From Parvibaculum sp. (GTDB taxonomy: Bacteria; Pseudomonadota; Alphaproteobacteria; Parvibaculales; Parvibaculaceae): DNA of 64,000 nt. The translations under genes and the position numbers were made by a program. Under the pieces are notes generated by a model. That model was not told the origin of the DNA. It searched no databases and saw nothing but the letters and a program-made list of their open reading frames with translations. Positions 21,435-31,481 of this stretch are shown here, in pieces. Location of the stretch: assembly GCF_002694985.1 (NCBI RefSeq), contig NZ_NZNS01000010.1; one strand, 5' to 3'. Position 1 is the stretch's first letter. Each line of letters begins with the position of its first letter.

Positions 21435-22811
21435 TCACGCGCCGTAGCGCCGCTTCAGGAGATGATAAAGCGCGCGAATGCCTTGCGCTTCGCCGCCCAC
21501 GGGACGGCCCGGCTTTGCCTTGGGAGCCCAGCCATAAATGTCGAAATGCACGTGAGCCCTCGCCTTTTCAACAAACCGGGCAAGGAAGAGCGCGGCCGTG
21601 ATGGAGCCTGCGAAGGGGCCATCCGAGATATGGTTCACATCCGCGATCTTGCTTTCGAGCCAGGCGTCATAGGGCTTCCAGAGCGGCATCCGCCACAATG
21701 GATCGGACATGGCCTCCGCCGAAGCGGCAATCTCTTCGGCCAATCCCTCGTCCTTCGTATAGAAGGGCGGCAGATCGGGGCCGAGCGCGGTGCGCGCCGC
21801 GCCTGTCAGCGTCGCCATGTCGATGATGAGGTCCGGCGCTTCGCTATCTGCCTCGGCCAGCGCGTCGCCAAGCACGAGGCGGCCTTCGGCATCCGTGTTG
21901 CCGATCTCGACGGTGAGGCCCTTGCGGCTCTGCAAGACATCGCCGGGCCGGAAAGCATTACCCGACACGGCGTTCTCGACGGCGGGGATCAGCAACCGCA
22001 GCCGGATATCGAGCTTCGCCTCCATCAGCGCCTGCGCGAGGGCAAGCGTGCAGGCCGCGCCGCCCATATCCTTTTTCATCAGCAGCATGGCGCTTGAAGG
22101 CTTGAGGTCGAGGCCGCCGGTATCGAAGCAGACGCCCTTGCCGACCAGCGTAACTTTCGGTGCGTCCTCCCTGCCCCAGCGCATGTCGATGAGGCGCGGT
22201 GCGATTTCGGCGGCGCGGCCCACCGCATGGATCATTGGATAGTTTTCGCTCAGAAGGTTCTCGCCCTCGATCACGGTGAGCGAGGCGCCATGCGCGCTCG
22301 CCACATCCTCCGCCGCGGCGGCAAGGTCGGCGGGGCTCATGTCGCTTGCGGGCGTGTTGATGAGGTCGCGCGCCAGGAAGACCGCGCGCACGAGGCGGCT
22401 CACCTCTTCGCCATCGACGTCCTCGGGCAGGACGAGGCGCGGCCATTCGCGCGTTTTGCCCGAATAGCGCGTGAAGCGATAGGTGCCGAGCGCGAAAGCA
22501 AAGGCCACCTTCGAGACGTCGCCATGGAGTTCGCCGGCCAGCCGGTAGTCGCCTGCGGGCAGCGAAGCGGCAAGCGCGCCCGCCGCAAAAGGGTCGCTCG
22601 CATCGCCGATGCCGAGCAGCACGCCAGCCAGACCGCCGGAGCCATCGGGCAGGAGCAGCACCTTGCCCGCCTCGCCCTTGAAGCCCGAGGTCGCGACCCA
22701 GGCCGCACCCGGCCCCGCATGCGTCTCGCACCAGGCTTCCGCCTCGTTCGCGCGGATCTGCCAGACGGGCGTCGCCGCCACATCCTTGTCGGTGATGAAG
22801 ATATCGAGCAC
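21435..22811 (-). CDS. M17 leucyl aminopeptidase family protein
   Basis: VGKGVCFDTGGLDLKP and NTDAEGRLVLGDAL motifs. Start set to GTG 22811, preceded by AAAGGAG; the longer ORF to 23006 has no support. Confidence 0.85.
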   Translation of the reverse strand: MLDIFITDKDVAATPVWQIRANEAEAWCETHAGPGAAWVATSGFKGEAGKVLLLPDGSGGLAGVLLGIGDASDPFAAGALAASLPAGDYRLAGELHGDVSKVAFAFALGTYRFTRYSGKTREWPRLVLPEDVDGEEVSRLVRAVFLARDLINTPASDMSPADLAAAAEDVASAHGASLTVIEGENLLSENYPMIHAVGRAAEIAPRLIDMRWGREDAPKVTLVGKGVCFDTGGLDLKPSSAMLLMKKDMGGAACTLALAQALMEAKLDIRLRLLIPAVENAVSGNAFRPGDVLQSRKGLTVEIGNTDAEGRLVLGDALAEADSEAPDLIIDMATLTGAARTALGPDLPPFYTKDEGLAEEIAASAEAMSDPLWRMPLWKPYDAWLESKIADVNHISDGPFAGSITAALFLARFVEKARAHVHFDIYGWAPKAKPGRPVGGEAQGIRALYHLLKRRYGA

Positions 22812-22905
22812 GCGGGGGCTCCTTTGATTTTGCCGGGACGAAACCTTATAGAGTGGCTGTCGGGCCTGCAACGGCAAGGCTTTTGGCGGACAGGCAGAGG
22901 GCAGC

Positions 22906-23586
22906 ATGAGCGTGCAGGATTTCGAACTCGTTATCGGCGACAAGAATTGGTCGAGTTGGAGCATGCGGCCCTGGCTTCTGATGCGGCAGGCCGGCATTCC
23001 CTTCACCGAGACCTCGATCCGGCTTCGTCAGCCCGACACCAGGGAACAGATCCTTGCCCATTCGCCCACCGGCTTCGTGCCCGCACTCAAATGGCAGGGC
23101 GTCGTGATCGGGGACTCGCTGGCGATCTGCGAGACCATTGCCGATCTCTACCCGACGAAGAAGCTCTGGCCCTCCGATACGGTCGCGCGCGCGATGTGCC
23201 GCAGCGCGGCAGCCGAAATGCATTCCGGCTTCCAGAACCTCCGCCGCGAGATGCCGATGGCCGTTCTCGAAAAACATCCGGGTGAGGGGCACACGGAAGA
23301 AGCGCTCGCCGATGCGCGCCGCGTCGTTTCGCTCTGGCGAGCATGCCGTGTGCGCTTCGGCCGGCAGGCGAGCGAAGATCAGGGATTTCTTTTCGGCAGC
23401 TTCAGCGTCGCGGATGCCATGTACGCCCCCGTCGTTACCCGCTTCCTTACCTATGACGTCGACCTCGCCGCGCTTGGCGACGATGGCACGGTCAGCGCCT
23501 ATATGGACGCCGTGATGACCCTCCCCTCGATGCAGGACTGGATCAGGGGAGCTGAAGCGGAAGAAGCGGCGAAATCCCCAGTTTGA
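22906..23586 (+). CDS. Glutathione S-transferase family protein
   Basis: 226 aa with a thioredoxin-like N-domain (SSWSMRPWLLM, IPF...VPAL) and a helical C-domain. Confidence 0.75.
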   Translation: MSVQDFELVIGDKNWSSWSMRPWLLMRQAGIPFTETSIRLRQPDTREQILAHSPTGFVPALKWQGVVIGDSLAICETIADLYPTKKLWPSDTVARAMCRSAAAEMHSGFQNLRREMPMAVLEKHPGEGHTEEALADARRVVSLWRACRVRFGRQASEDQGFLFGSFSVADAMYAPVVTRFLTYDVDLAALGDDGTVSAYMDAVMTLPSMQDWIRGAEAEEAAKSPV

Positions 23587-23611
23587 CGTTTTGATGACGT
23601 TTTGATGACAG

Positions 23612-24817
23612 TCAGGGCGTCTTGTCCCCGTCATCCGGTAAGTTTATCCCCAGTTCACGGTAGTAGCGCGCGGCGCCTTCATGCAGCGGCACAGGGAGCG
23701 AGGCGACCGCAAGGCGCTCCTCTTCCCCCTCCTCGCCAGGCAGAAGACCGGGCAGCGCGGGATCGCTCAGAAGCACGCGATTTTCGTTATAGAACAATGT
23801 CTTGGTGATGCGGTAGACGAGATCCGCATCCGCGTTTTCGTTCACGATCCAGATCATCGAAACACCGAGCGTTTTCGTCGGCGGTACGAAACGGTAGAGA
23901 TCGCCGGCTATTTCGAGGGGCTGGAAATTCGCCCCCGCCCGTGTGAGTTGCGCCGTTCCTTCGCTATCGATTGGTACAATGACGATTGAACCACGATCGG
24001 CGAGGCTCGCGATTTCGGCCGATGGCAATGCATCGACAAGAAAGAAGGCATCGAGCTGGCCACGCAGCATGAGATCGGCGGCCGCGCTCGCATCATAGTC
24101 GAGAAGCGTGACCGTACGGCGGCCAAGTCCATGCACCGCAAGCACCGGAAGCGCGGCCTCGCGCGTACCGGAACCTGGCGTGCCGACGGAAACGCGTTTT
24201 CCGTCGAGGTCCGCCACCGAAGAAACATTCGCATTGCGGCTTGCGATCAGATAGAGCGCTTCGCGGTAGACGCCGCCAATGGCGCGCAGATTGCGGATCG
24301 GCGCCTCGCCGCGGAAAGGCGTTTCGGCACGTGTCGCGAGGTCGAGAATGGGTGCGGCGACAAGAGCGGAGTCGTAATTGCCGGCGCTCACCGCGCGCAC
24401 ATTCGCGACTGGCCCCGCGGATGATTTCGCTACCGCGACGAGACCCGCGACGCCGCAAGGAAGACCTTTCTCGCAGCGGGGCGTTCCGGGCGGACGGCTG
24501 ATCGCGGCTGCAAGGCGCTCGCCAACGGCAAAATATTCGTCGCCCGCGCTGCCCGTCCCGACCTGGAAAAAGGTGACCGTTTCAGGCGGCTCTTCAAGGC
24601 TCACCGGCGGCCGCAGATAAAGAAGCAGACCGAGCCCCAGGATAATTCCAGCCCCGAGCGAAATGGCCAAGGTGCGTGCGGAGATTCGAGCAGCGACCTC
24701 ACGCCCCCTTTCCAGCAATCGCACGACCGGTTCTCCGATTTTTTTCATTTCCATAAACCGAGTCATGCGCCTCAATAAGGGTCGAAAAGGGACCGAAACC
24801 TCGGGAAAGCCGCTCAT
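23612..24817 (-). CDS. TAXI-family TRAP solute-binding protein, membrane anchored; start uncertain (M1, M18 or M24)
   Basis: TM segment (LAISLGAGIILGLGLLLYL), then FFQVGTGSAGDEYFAVGERLA and GTPGSGT motifs typical of TAXI receptors. Confidence 0.7.
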   Translation of the reverse strand: MSGFPEVSVPFRPLLRRMTRFMEMKKIGEPVVRLLERGREVAARISARTLAISLGAGIILGLGLLLYLRPPVSLEEPPETVTFFQVGTGSAGDEYFAVGERLAAAISRPPGTPRCEKGLPCGVAGLVAVAKSSAGPVANVRAVSAGNYDSALVAAPILDLATRAETPFRGEAPIRNLRAIGGVYREALYLIASRNANVSSVADLDGKRVSVGTPGSGTREAALPVLAVHGLGRRTVTLLDYDASAAADLMLRGQLDAFFLVDALPSAEIASLADRGSIVIVPIDSEGTAQLTRAGANFQPLEIAGDLYRFVPPTKTLGVSMIWIVNENADADLVYRITKTLFYNENRVLLSDPALPGLLPGEEGEEERLAVASLPVPLHEGAARYYRELGINLPDDGDKTP

Positions 24818-24934
24818 TCCAAGCGATCTTATAATTAATCATTTCTTGACGGGTCTCGCTGAAAATCAGCTTCAATCATACCCCATCAGGACGCTGACGG
24901 GACTTCCGGAAGCCATGGACCGGGATCTGCCATC

Positions 24935-25882
24935 ATGAAGCCATTCGCTGAGAACACCTTGCGACCTGCCGCTCGAAAGCGCGGGAGCGTTGTCGCAGCC
25001 ACTTTCTGCTCTGTTCTTGCTCTCGCCGGCTGCGCCTCTACTGGCGCGACGCCCGGAGCGGAACTGAGCCCCAGAGAAGCGGCCGAGGGCCAGATCGACG
25101 AACCGGCATTGCGGGAAGCAGCCGTCGAAAGCACCAAGACCCAAGATTATGTTGCCGCCGCGGCCTATTGGGGCGCGCTTTACGAGCGTTCGCCGGGCGA
25201 TCCGGCGGTTGCCGTTCATTACTCCAAGGCCCTCCGCCAGATCGGTTCCATCGAACAGTCGCTCAACATCATGAAGCGCGCGCGGATCAAATCGCCAGGC
25301 AACGCCGATGTCCTTTCCGAATTTGGTAAGGCCCTGACGGCGAGCGGCCGTCCCGATCAGGCCTATACAATGCTCAACGAAGCAGCGGCGGCATTGCCGC
25401 GCGACTGGACGATCCAGTCGGCGCTGGGCGTCGCCCTTGACCAGATGGGCCGCTACGACGAAGCAAAGAGCCATTACAATCGTGCACTGAGCCTTTCGCC
25501 GGACAATCCCTCGGTCCTGACTAACCTTGGTCTTTCCTACGCGCTTACCGGCGATCTCAACACAGCGGAGCAGACGTTGCGCAAGGCCGTCGCCGATCAG
25601 AAGGCCGATGCCTATGCGCGTCAGAACCTTGCGATCGTGCTGGGTCTCAAGGGTAACTTCGATGAAGCCGAACGGCTTGCGCGCGCGGACCTGCCGCCCA
25701 ATGTCGCCGATAGCAACATGGCTTATCTTCGCGCCATGCTTTCTCAGCCCGCACTCTGGAAACAGATGGAGGCGCTGGACGACAAGCCCGCTGTCGCCGT
25801 GCAGCCGGAGAGCAAATTGAAATCTTCTGACACTGACCAGGTTTCATCCTTACCGCCGGAAACGAGCGCAACGCTGCGCTGA
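24935..25882 (+). CDS. tadD: TPR-repeat lipoprotein, TadD-like
   Basis: Lipobox LALAGC followed by multiple TPR repeats. It is convergent with tadC at the end of the Tad locus. Confidence 0.65.
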   Translation: MKPFAENTLRPAARKRGSVVAATFCSVLALAGCASTGATPGAELSPREAAEGQIDEPALREAAVESTKTQDYVAAAAYWGALYERSPGDPAVAVHYSKALRQIGSIEQSLNIMKRARIKSPGNADVLSEFGKALTASGRPDQAYTMLNEAAAALPRDWTIQSALGVALDQMGRYDEAKSHYNRALSLSPDNPSVLTNLGLSYALTGDLNTAEQTLRKAVADQKADAYARQNLAIVLGLKGNFDEAERLARADLPPNVADSNMAYLRAMLSQPALWKQMEALDDKPAVAVQPESKLKSSDTDQVSSLPPETSATLR

Positions 25883-25910
25883 ACCAGGGCACCTCCCCCA
25901 TCGTCAGACA

Positions 25911-25950
25911 AAGAAGGCGTCTCACGGAAACATGAGACGCCTTTCTCGTT
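25911..25950. terminator. Bidirectional terminator between tadD-like gene and tadC
   Basis: GGCGTCTCA-cggaaaca-TGAGACGCC stem-loop flanked by A-rich and T-rich runs. Confidence 0.75.
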
Positions 25951-25966
25951 ACGGCTTGTGGCCAGC

Positions 25967-26944
25967 TCAGAAAGTTGAAGTCGCCTTGATGATGGCCGGG
26001 CCGAGAATCACGCAGAAAAGCGCTGGCAGGAAGAACACGATCATCGGCACGGTAAGCTTGGGTGGAAGACCGGCCGCTTTCTTTTCCGCTTCGGACATAC
26101 GCATGTCGCGGTTCTCCTGCGCCATGACACGTAGTGCCTGTCCAAGCGGCGTACCGTAGCGTTCGGCCTGGATGAGGCTTGTAGATACCGCTTTCACGCC
26201 GGGAAGCCCCGTGCGCTTGGCGAGATTCTCATATGCCAGCCGCCGTTCCTGCAAGTAAGAGAGTTCGGCCGTAGTCAATCCCAATTCCTCGGCAAGCTCC
26301 ACGGACTGTTCGCCGATTTCAGCTGCCACTTTCTGGAAGGCTGCCTCGATCGACATGCCGGATTCGACACAGATGAGCAGCAGGTCAAGTGCATCGGGAA
26401 ACGCCTTGCGGATCGAGTCCTGACGACGGGCGATGACATTCTGGACAAAGACATTAGGCAGATAAAAACCGGCAAAGGCCGCTGCGCAAGAAGCAGCAAA
26501 CCGCGCCATGGGTTCAAGGCCGAAATCGTTCAAAAACGAAAGATAGAAGAGCGTGAGCACGAAAAGGATCGGCGGCATCACGAAGCGGAAGAAGACAAAG
26601 GTGTACATCGGCCCGGGACCGCGAAACCCCGCCTGACGCAGCTTTGCCTTGATCTCCGCATTCTCGAGCATGTTGCCACGGGCAAACATCTCGACGACCT
26701 TCTTCTTGAAACCGAGGGTCGGTGCCTGGCGGAGCCGCGTCCTCTCCTGTGTAAGCGCCTCGCGGGCGCGCGCGCGCATAGCCTCGCGCTCGGTCGAGAC
26801 GAGCTTCATGCGCGTACCCAGCTTGTCGCCACTCATCAGCGGTGCTGTCAGCGTGAGAATGGTCGCAAATGCGGCAAGCGCCGTGAGAAGCATCACGACG
26901 TTTTCGATATTGAACATGTTCTCGACGAGATCGAAAATTGCCAC
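25967..26944 (-). CDS. tadC: Tad pilus inner-membrane platform protein TadC (T2SS-F family)
   Basis: 325 aa with a T2SSF-type membrane topology. Position follows tadB. Confidence 0.85.
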   Translation of the reverse strand: MAIFDLVENMFNIENVVMLLTALAAFATILTLTAPLMSGDKLGTRMKLVSTEREAMRARAREALTQERTRLRQAPTLGFKKKVVEMFARGNMLENAEIKAKLRQAGFRGPGPMYTFVFFRFVMPPILFVLTLFYLSFLNDFGLEPMARFAASCAAAFAGFYLPNVFVQNVIARRQDSIRKAFPDALDLLLICVESGMSIEAAFQKVAAEIGEQSVELAEELGLTTAELSYLQERRLAYENLAKRTGLPGVKAVSTSLIQAERYGTPLGQALRVMAQENRDMRMSEAEKKAAGLPPKLTVPMIVFFLPALFCVILGPAIIKATSTF

Positions 26945-26954
26945 TTCGGATTTC

Positions 26955-27947
26955 CTAGAACTTGAAGTCGATCATCTTCTTCATGATCAAGACGCCTATA
27001 CCCATCCAGACCAGACCGGAAACGATGATCATATTCCCGGCGGTCGTCGTGAACAGAACGTTCATGTAGTCGGGCGAGCTAAAATAGATTATCAGCATGA
27101 CACCGGGGGGCAGCGAACCGATAATACCGGCGGACGCCTTCGCTTCCTGCGACATTGCCTGGATCTTTGCGCGCATTTTCTTCCGTTCGCGAAGCACTTT
27201 TGACAAATTGCTCAACGCTTCCGAGAGATTGCCGCCGGTTTTCTGCTGAATCGAAAGGACGATCTGAAAGAAGTTCACTTCCGGAAGCGGCATACGTTCG
27301 TAAATCTTGTCGAGTCCCTGCTCCAGAGTCACACCAAGACGCTGGCCTTCAACAATATCCTGAAATTCGGTACGAATGGGTTCCGGCGACTCCGTCGCGA
27401 TGAGCTTCAGACAGTCGTTCACCGGCAAACCCGACTTTACACCGCGCACGATCACGTCGATCGTGTTCGCGAATTCCTCGGCAAAGGCCTTCTGGCGACG
27501 CTTCATCATATAGGACAGCACCCAACGCGGAAGTCCGAAAGCCGCTGCAAAGCCCCCGAGCAATGCAATGAGCATGGAAAGCCCCGACAGCATGAGGCAC
27601 AGCATCACCACAAAGCCGCACACTGCGCTGGCGATATAGAAAGTCCGCGTTTCGATATTGAGTCCGGCGCGTTCGATGCGTGTGGAAAGGGGAATATTCT
27701 TCTTCTGTCCCTTCTGCTTTTCCTCGAGACCCTTCAGCGTCTCCTGCATCTGCTTGCGGCGCTTGTCACTGTTGTCTACTTCGTTGTTGGACGCGGCGGA
27801 AGCGGGCCGTGCATTTCCGGCGCGCGTCACTCGCGCCACCCGCTTCTGCGATTTCGTTTCTCCACTGACAAAGACAAATCCCACCGCGCCAATGCAAAGC
27901 GCAGCTAGTAGCGCGATCGCCAGGATAATCAGGGTGGTGTGATCCAT
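26955..27947 (-). CDS. tadB: Tad pilus inner-membrane platform protein TadB (T2SS-F family)
   Basis: 330 aa, T2SSF-like. Position follows cpaF. Confidence 0.85.
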   Translation of the reverse strand: MDHTTLIILAIALLAALCIGAVGFVFVSGETKSQKRVARVTRAGNARPASAASNNEVDNSDKRRKQMQETLKGLEEKQKGQKKNIPLSTRIERAGLNIETRTFYIASAVCGFVVMLCLMLSGLSMLIALLGGFAAAFGLPRWVLSYMMKRRQKAFAEEFANTIDVIVRGVKSGLPVNDCLKLIATESPEPIRTEFQDIVEGQRLGVTLEQGLDKIYERMPLPEVNFFQIVLSIQQKTGGNLSEALSNLSKVLRERKKMRAKIQAMSQEAKASAGIIGSLPPGVMLIIYFSSPDYMNVLFTTTAGNMIIVSGLVWMGIGVLIMKKMIDFKF

Positions 27948-27956
27948 TCCGCTTTC

Positions 27957-29423
27957 CTAGCCCTGGGCGCGGTCGAGCGCAGCCGCAAGGGCGTGATGCT
28001 GATTGTAGTAACGGGCGCGGTCCCAGAAGGACGGGCGAGCGATGCCAGTTGATTTGTGTTTGCCGAGAATGCGGCCCGATTCATCCTCCCCTTCGATGTC
28101 ATAGACAAAAAGATCCTGGGTGATGATGACATCGCCTTCCGTACCAAGCACTTCCGTAATATGCGTGATCCGACGCGAGCCGTCGCGCAAACGAGCCGCC
28201 TGGATAACCACGTCGATGGAGCCGCAAATCATTTCACGGATCGTCTTCGAAGGCAGGGCGTAACCGCCCATGGTGATCATGCTTTCGAGACGGGAAAGGG
28301 CTTCACGCGGGCTGTTCGCGTGGAGCGTACCCATTGAGCCGTCGTGGCCGGTGTTCATGGCCTGAAGAAGGTCGAAGGCTTCGGGGCCACGTACTTCACC
28401 CACGATGATGCGTTCAGGACGCATACGCAGACAGTTGCGTACAAGCTCGGTCATGGTGACCTGACCTTGACCTTCAAGATTCGGCGGGCGCGTTTCCAGG
28501 CGCACAACATGCGGCTGCTGCAGCTGAAGCTCGGCCGCGTCTTCACAGGTGATGACGCGCTCGTCCGCATCGATGAAGCCGGTGAGACAGTTGAGTAGCG
28601 TCGTCTTGCCCGAGCCCGTGCCACCGGAAATAAGTACGTTGCAGCGAACTTTTCCGATAATGCCGAGAACCTCCGCTCCTTCTTCCGAAATGGAGTGATA
28701 TTCCACGAGGTCGCGCATGGTCAGCTTGTCGCGGCGGAACTTACGAATGGTGAGCGCAGGACCGTCAATCGAAAGCGGCGGTACGATGACATTTACGCGG
28801 CTGCCATCAGGAAGGCGCGCATCGCAGATCGGACTCGATTCATCCACACGACGACCGACCTGACTTACAATCCGCTGGCAGATGTTCATCAGCTGACTGT
28901 TATCGCGGAAACGGATATTCGTGAGCTCGACCTTGCCATTGACTTCGATGAAGGTACGCTCTGAACCGTTCACCATGATATCGGCAATATCATCTCGCGC
29001 GAGCAAGGGCTCAAGCGGACCGTAACCCAGAACATCGTTGCAGATATCCTGCAGGAGCTCTTCCTGCTCAGAGATCGACATGACAACGTTCTTGATCGAA
29101 AGGATCTCGTTGACGATGTCGCGAATTTCCTCTCGCGCGCTTTCTGCGTCGAGCTGAGCGAGCTGCGTCAGGTCAATGGTATCAATCAGCGCGTTGAAGA
29201 TCGTCGTTTTGATCTGGTAGTAGTTCTCCGAGCGATGGTCACCCCCGCGTGGCGCGGCCGCCACCCTCGCCGGTGCGGGTTTCACGGATGCGGCCTTTTC
29301 CTGTCCGGCTTTGGGCACAGTGGGGCTCACCGCATGCGGCGCTGCATCCTGCCTTGGGCTGGATGCCGGCGCCGATGCGGGCTTGCGCGGTACTGCCTGA
29401 CCTTCGCTCCGCCTTCCAAACAC
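27957..29423 (-). CDS. cpaF: Tad pilus secretion ATPase CpaF/TadA
   Basis: Walker [27 protein letters not shown], and the Asp/His boxes of the VirB11/PilB-type hexameric ATPases. Confidence 0.95.
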   Translation of the reverse strand: MFGRRSEGQAVPRKPASAPASSPRQDAAPHAVSPTVPKAGQEKAASVKPAPARVAAAPRGGDHRSENYYQIKTTIFNALIDTIDLTQLAQLDAESAREEIRDIVNEILSIKNVVMSISEQEELLQDICNDVLGYGPLEPLLARDDIADIMVNGSERTFIEVNGKVELTNIRFRDNSQLMNICQRIVSQVGRRVDESSPICDARLPDGSRVNVIVPPLSIDGPALTIRKFRRDKLTMRDLVEYHSISEEGAEVLGIIGKVRCNVLISGGTGSGKTTLLNCLTGFIDADERVITCEDAAELQLQQPHVVRLETRPPNLEGQGQVTMTELVRNCLRMRPERIIVGEVRGPEAFDLLQAMNTGHDGSMGTLHANSPREALSRLESMITMGGYALPSKTIREMICGSIDVVIQAARLRDGSRRITHITEVLGTEGDVIITQDLFVYDIEGEDESGRILGKHKSTGIARPSFWDRARYYNQHHALAAALDRAQG

Positions 29424-29438
29424 GTGAACTACCTCCGG

Positions 29439-30773
29439 TTAACCCTTGCGCGAAAGAAAGCTGAACAGAGACGACTTGGCTGCCTTGGGCGCACGTGCCT
29501 CCCGCCCGCAAAGCTGCTGGGCGAGAAAGCGGAAACCTTCCGCTGCTTTGCCTTTCGGCTCGATCTCTTCGATCATCTGTCCGTTGTTCGCGGCCGTACC
29601 GAACAGGCCGGGGTTGAACGGAAGAATGAGCGTTGCGTCACCGCCAACCGCTTCCGCGAAATCCTTCACGGGGATTTCCGGGCGCTTGGGCATTCCCACC
29701 TGGTTGAGTACGATATGTGCGGCATTGTCGTTCGGACGGGCCTGCCGCGTCAGATCGAGAATGTTCTTCGCGTTGCGAAGGCTGGCGAGATCCGGCGTCG
29801 CAGTGATGACAATTTCGTCCGCAGCAAGCAGGACCTTCTTGGTCCACGGCGCCCAGACATGCGGCAGATCGACGACAACGCAAGGCACACCTTCGCGTAC
29901 GATATCGAGGACTGTTTCGCAGCTGTCGGCATCCATCTCGAAGTCGCGGTCGAGAACGGCAGGCGCCGCAAAAAGGCTTAACTTGTCCGAGCACTTCACG
30001 AGAAGACGATCGAGCAGAACATCATCCATACGCTCCGGTGCTGTAAGGGCATCGGCGATTCCCTGTGCCGGATCCTGATTGAAATCGAGACCCGCCGTAC
30101 CGAAGGGCAAATCCATGTCGGTGATGACGACATCTTCGTTCATGCTGCTCGAAATGCACCAGCCGATATTATGCGCGATGGTGCTCGAACCAGTGCCTCC
30201 CTTCGCTCCGATGAAAGCAATGGTACGGCCGATGGGCGGCGCGTCCGGATCGACATAAAGCCGGGAGATGGCTTCAATCACGCCGAGAGGGCGAAGCGGC
30301 GCAACGAGATACTCGTTCACTCCCTGGCGGATCATTTCGCGGTAAAGTGAAACGTCGTTCATGTGACCGATAACGACAACCTTGGTGCCGGCGTCGCAGA
30401 CTTCGGCAAGCGCACCTAGCTGGTTGAAGAGTTCGGGCCCGCCGATGCGCGTTTCGACCATGATCAGGTTCGGCGTTGCGGTTTGCTGGTAGTTCTCGAT
30501 TGCGCCGGGGATACCGCCCATATGCACCGTGAGGTGAGCCTTTGCGAGACGGCGGTCCTCGCTGGCGCGCTGAATGGCGCTGCCCGTGCCAGGCTGTTCG
30601 CAGAAGGCATGAATCGTGATGCGCGGCACCGGCTTCAGAACGGCAAGACTATCCGTCTCTTCCGCAACCGTTACCGGTTGCACCAGGGGTGGTGCCTCCG
30701 GGGTGGCCTCAGATGCAGGGGCCGGCATTGGCGGCGCGCCGACCGCCGGTTCCTTGCGTGCAAGATTGCTCAT
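29439..30773 (-). CDS. cpaE: CpaE/TadZ pilus-assembly ATPase (receiver-like N-domain + MinD/ParA-like domain)
   Basis: Deviant Walker A GAKGGTGSSTIAHN. ATGA overlap with the cpaD stop. Confidence 0.85.
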   Translation of the reverse strand: MSNLARKEPAVGAPPMPAPASEATPEAPPLVQPVTVAEETDSLAVLKPVPRITIHAFCEQPGTGSAIQRASEDRRLAKAHLTVHMGGIPGAIENYQQTATPNLIMVETRIGGPELFNQLGALAEVCDAGTKVVVIGHMNDVSLYREMIRQGVNEYLVAPLRPLGVIEAISRLYVDPDAPPIGRTIAFIGAKGGTGSSTIAHNIGWCISSSMNEDVVITDMDLPFGTAGLDFNQDPAQGIADALTAPERMDDVLLDRLLVKCSDKLSLFAAPAVLDRDFEMDADSCETVLDIVREGVPCVVVDLPHVWAPWTKKVLLAADEIVITATPDLASLRNAKNILDLTRQARPNDNAAHIVLNQVGMPKRPEIPVKDFAEAVGGDATLILPFNPGLFGTAANNGQMIEEIEPKGKAAEGFRFLAQQLCGREARAPKAAKSSLFSFLSRKG

Positions 30774-31471
30774 TTTTCCACCTCACTCACAGCGCCCGAG
30801 TCCTGATCGCTACGCTCGGTCGCTGTCGATTCACCGGCACGATATTTTTCGAGGACCGTGTTGCGGCGCTCCGCATCGGCGGACGTCATTGTACGAGGCC
30901 CTGCGAGGTCAGCCGGATCGGCAATCATTACCGCCAGATTGTTCTGGGTTGCGCAGCCATGATTGGGCAGCAAACCATTGGCAGGGTCGTAGGCATAGTC
31001 CGCGCTCCAGTCACCACATGCGGTCGGCTTTGCGACATAGTGCTTGAAGGAAAGGATCAACGGCGCCCCGCTATCCGCACCCGACGCACGGTACGGCGTA
31101 TAGGCGAGATCGGTTACCCCGTTTGCCGCCAGGATGTCGCGCACATCGCTCAACGCCACGGCAGCGGCGCCTGCATTGGGCGAGCCTGACGGTGTGGAAA
31201 TGGTGAGAGGCCCATGGCCGCGCTGGCGATAGGCGCTGGCAAAATTCTCGATCGCCGCCTTGTCCGACGAGGAGAGCCCCGGCTGTCCGGCGACAGCGCT
31301 GACATTGAGTGTCGCGACATCCGCTTCCACCGATATCGGATGCGTGTAGTTCGCATCGTACTGCGCCTGTTCGATGCCATTGAAGCCGCCGCAGCCTGCA
31401 AGACTGGAAGCCAGCACGACGACGACACTCCTGGCAGCATGCTTTACGATCTGCTTTGCCATTTCATTCAT
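30770..31471 (-). CDS. cpaD: CpaD-like pilus assembly lipoprotein
   Basis: Start trimmed to MNEMAKQIV (GAAGGA upstream). Lipobox LAGCGG. Position lies between cpaC and cpaE. Confidence 0.65.
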   Translation of the reverse strand: MNEMAKQIVKHAARSVVVVLASSLAGCGGFNGIEQAQYDANYTHPISVEADVATLNVSAVAGQPGLSSSDKAAIENFASAYRQRGHGPLTISTPSGSPNAGAAAVALSDVRDILAANGVTDLAYTPYRASGADSGAPLILSFKHYVAKPTACGDWSADYAYDPANGLLPNHGCATQNNLAVMIADPADLAGPRTMTSADAERRNTVLEKYRAGESTATERSDQDSGAVSEVEK

Positions 31472-31481
31472 TCCTTCGTGC

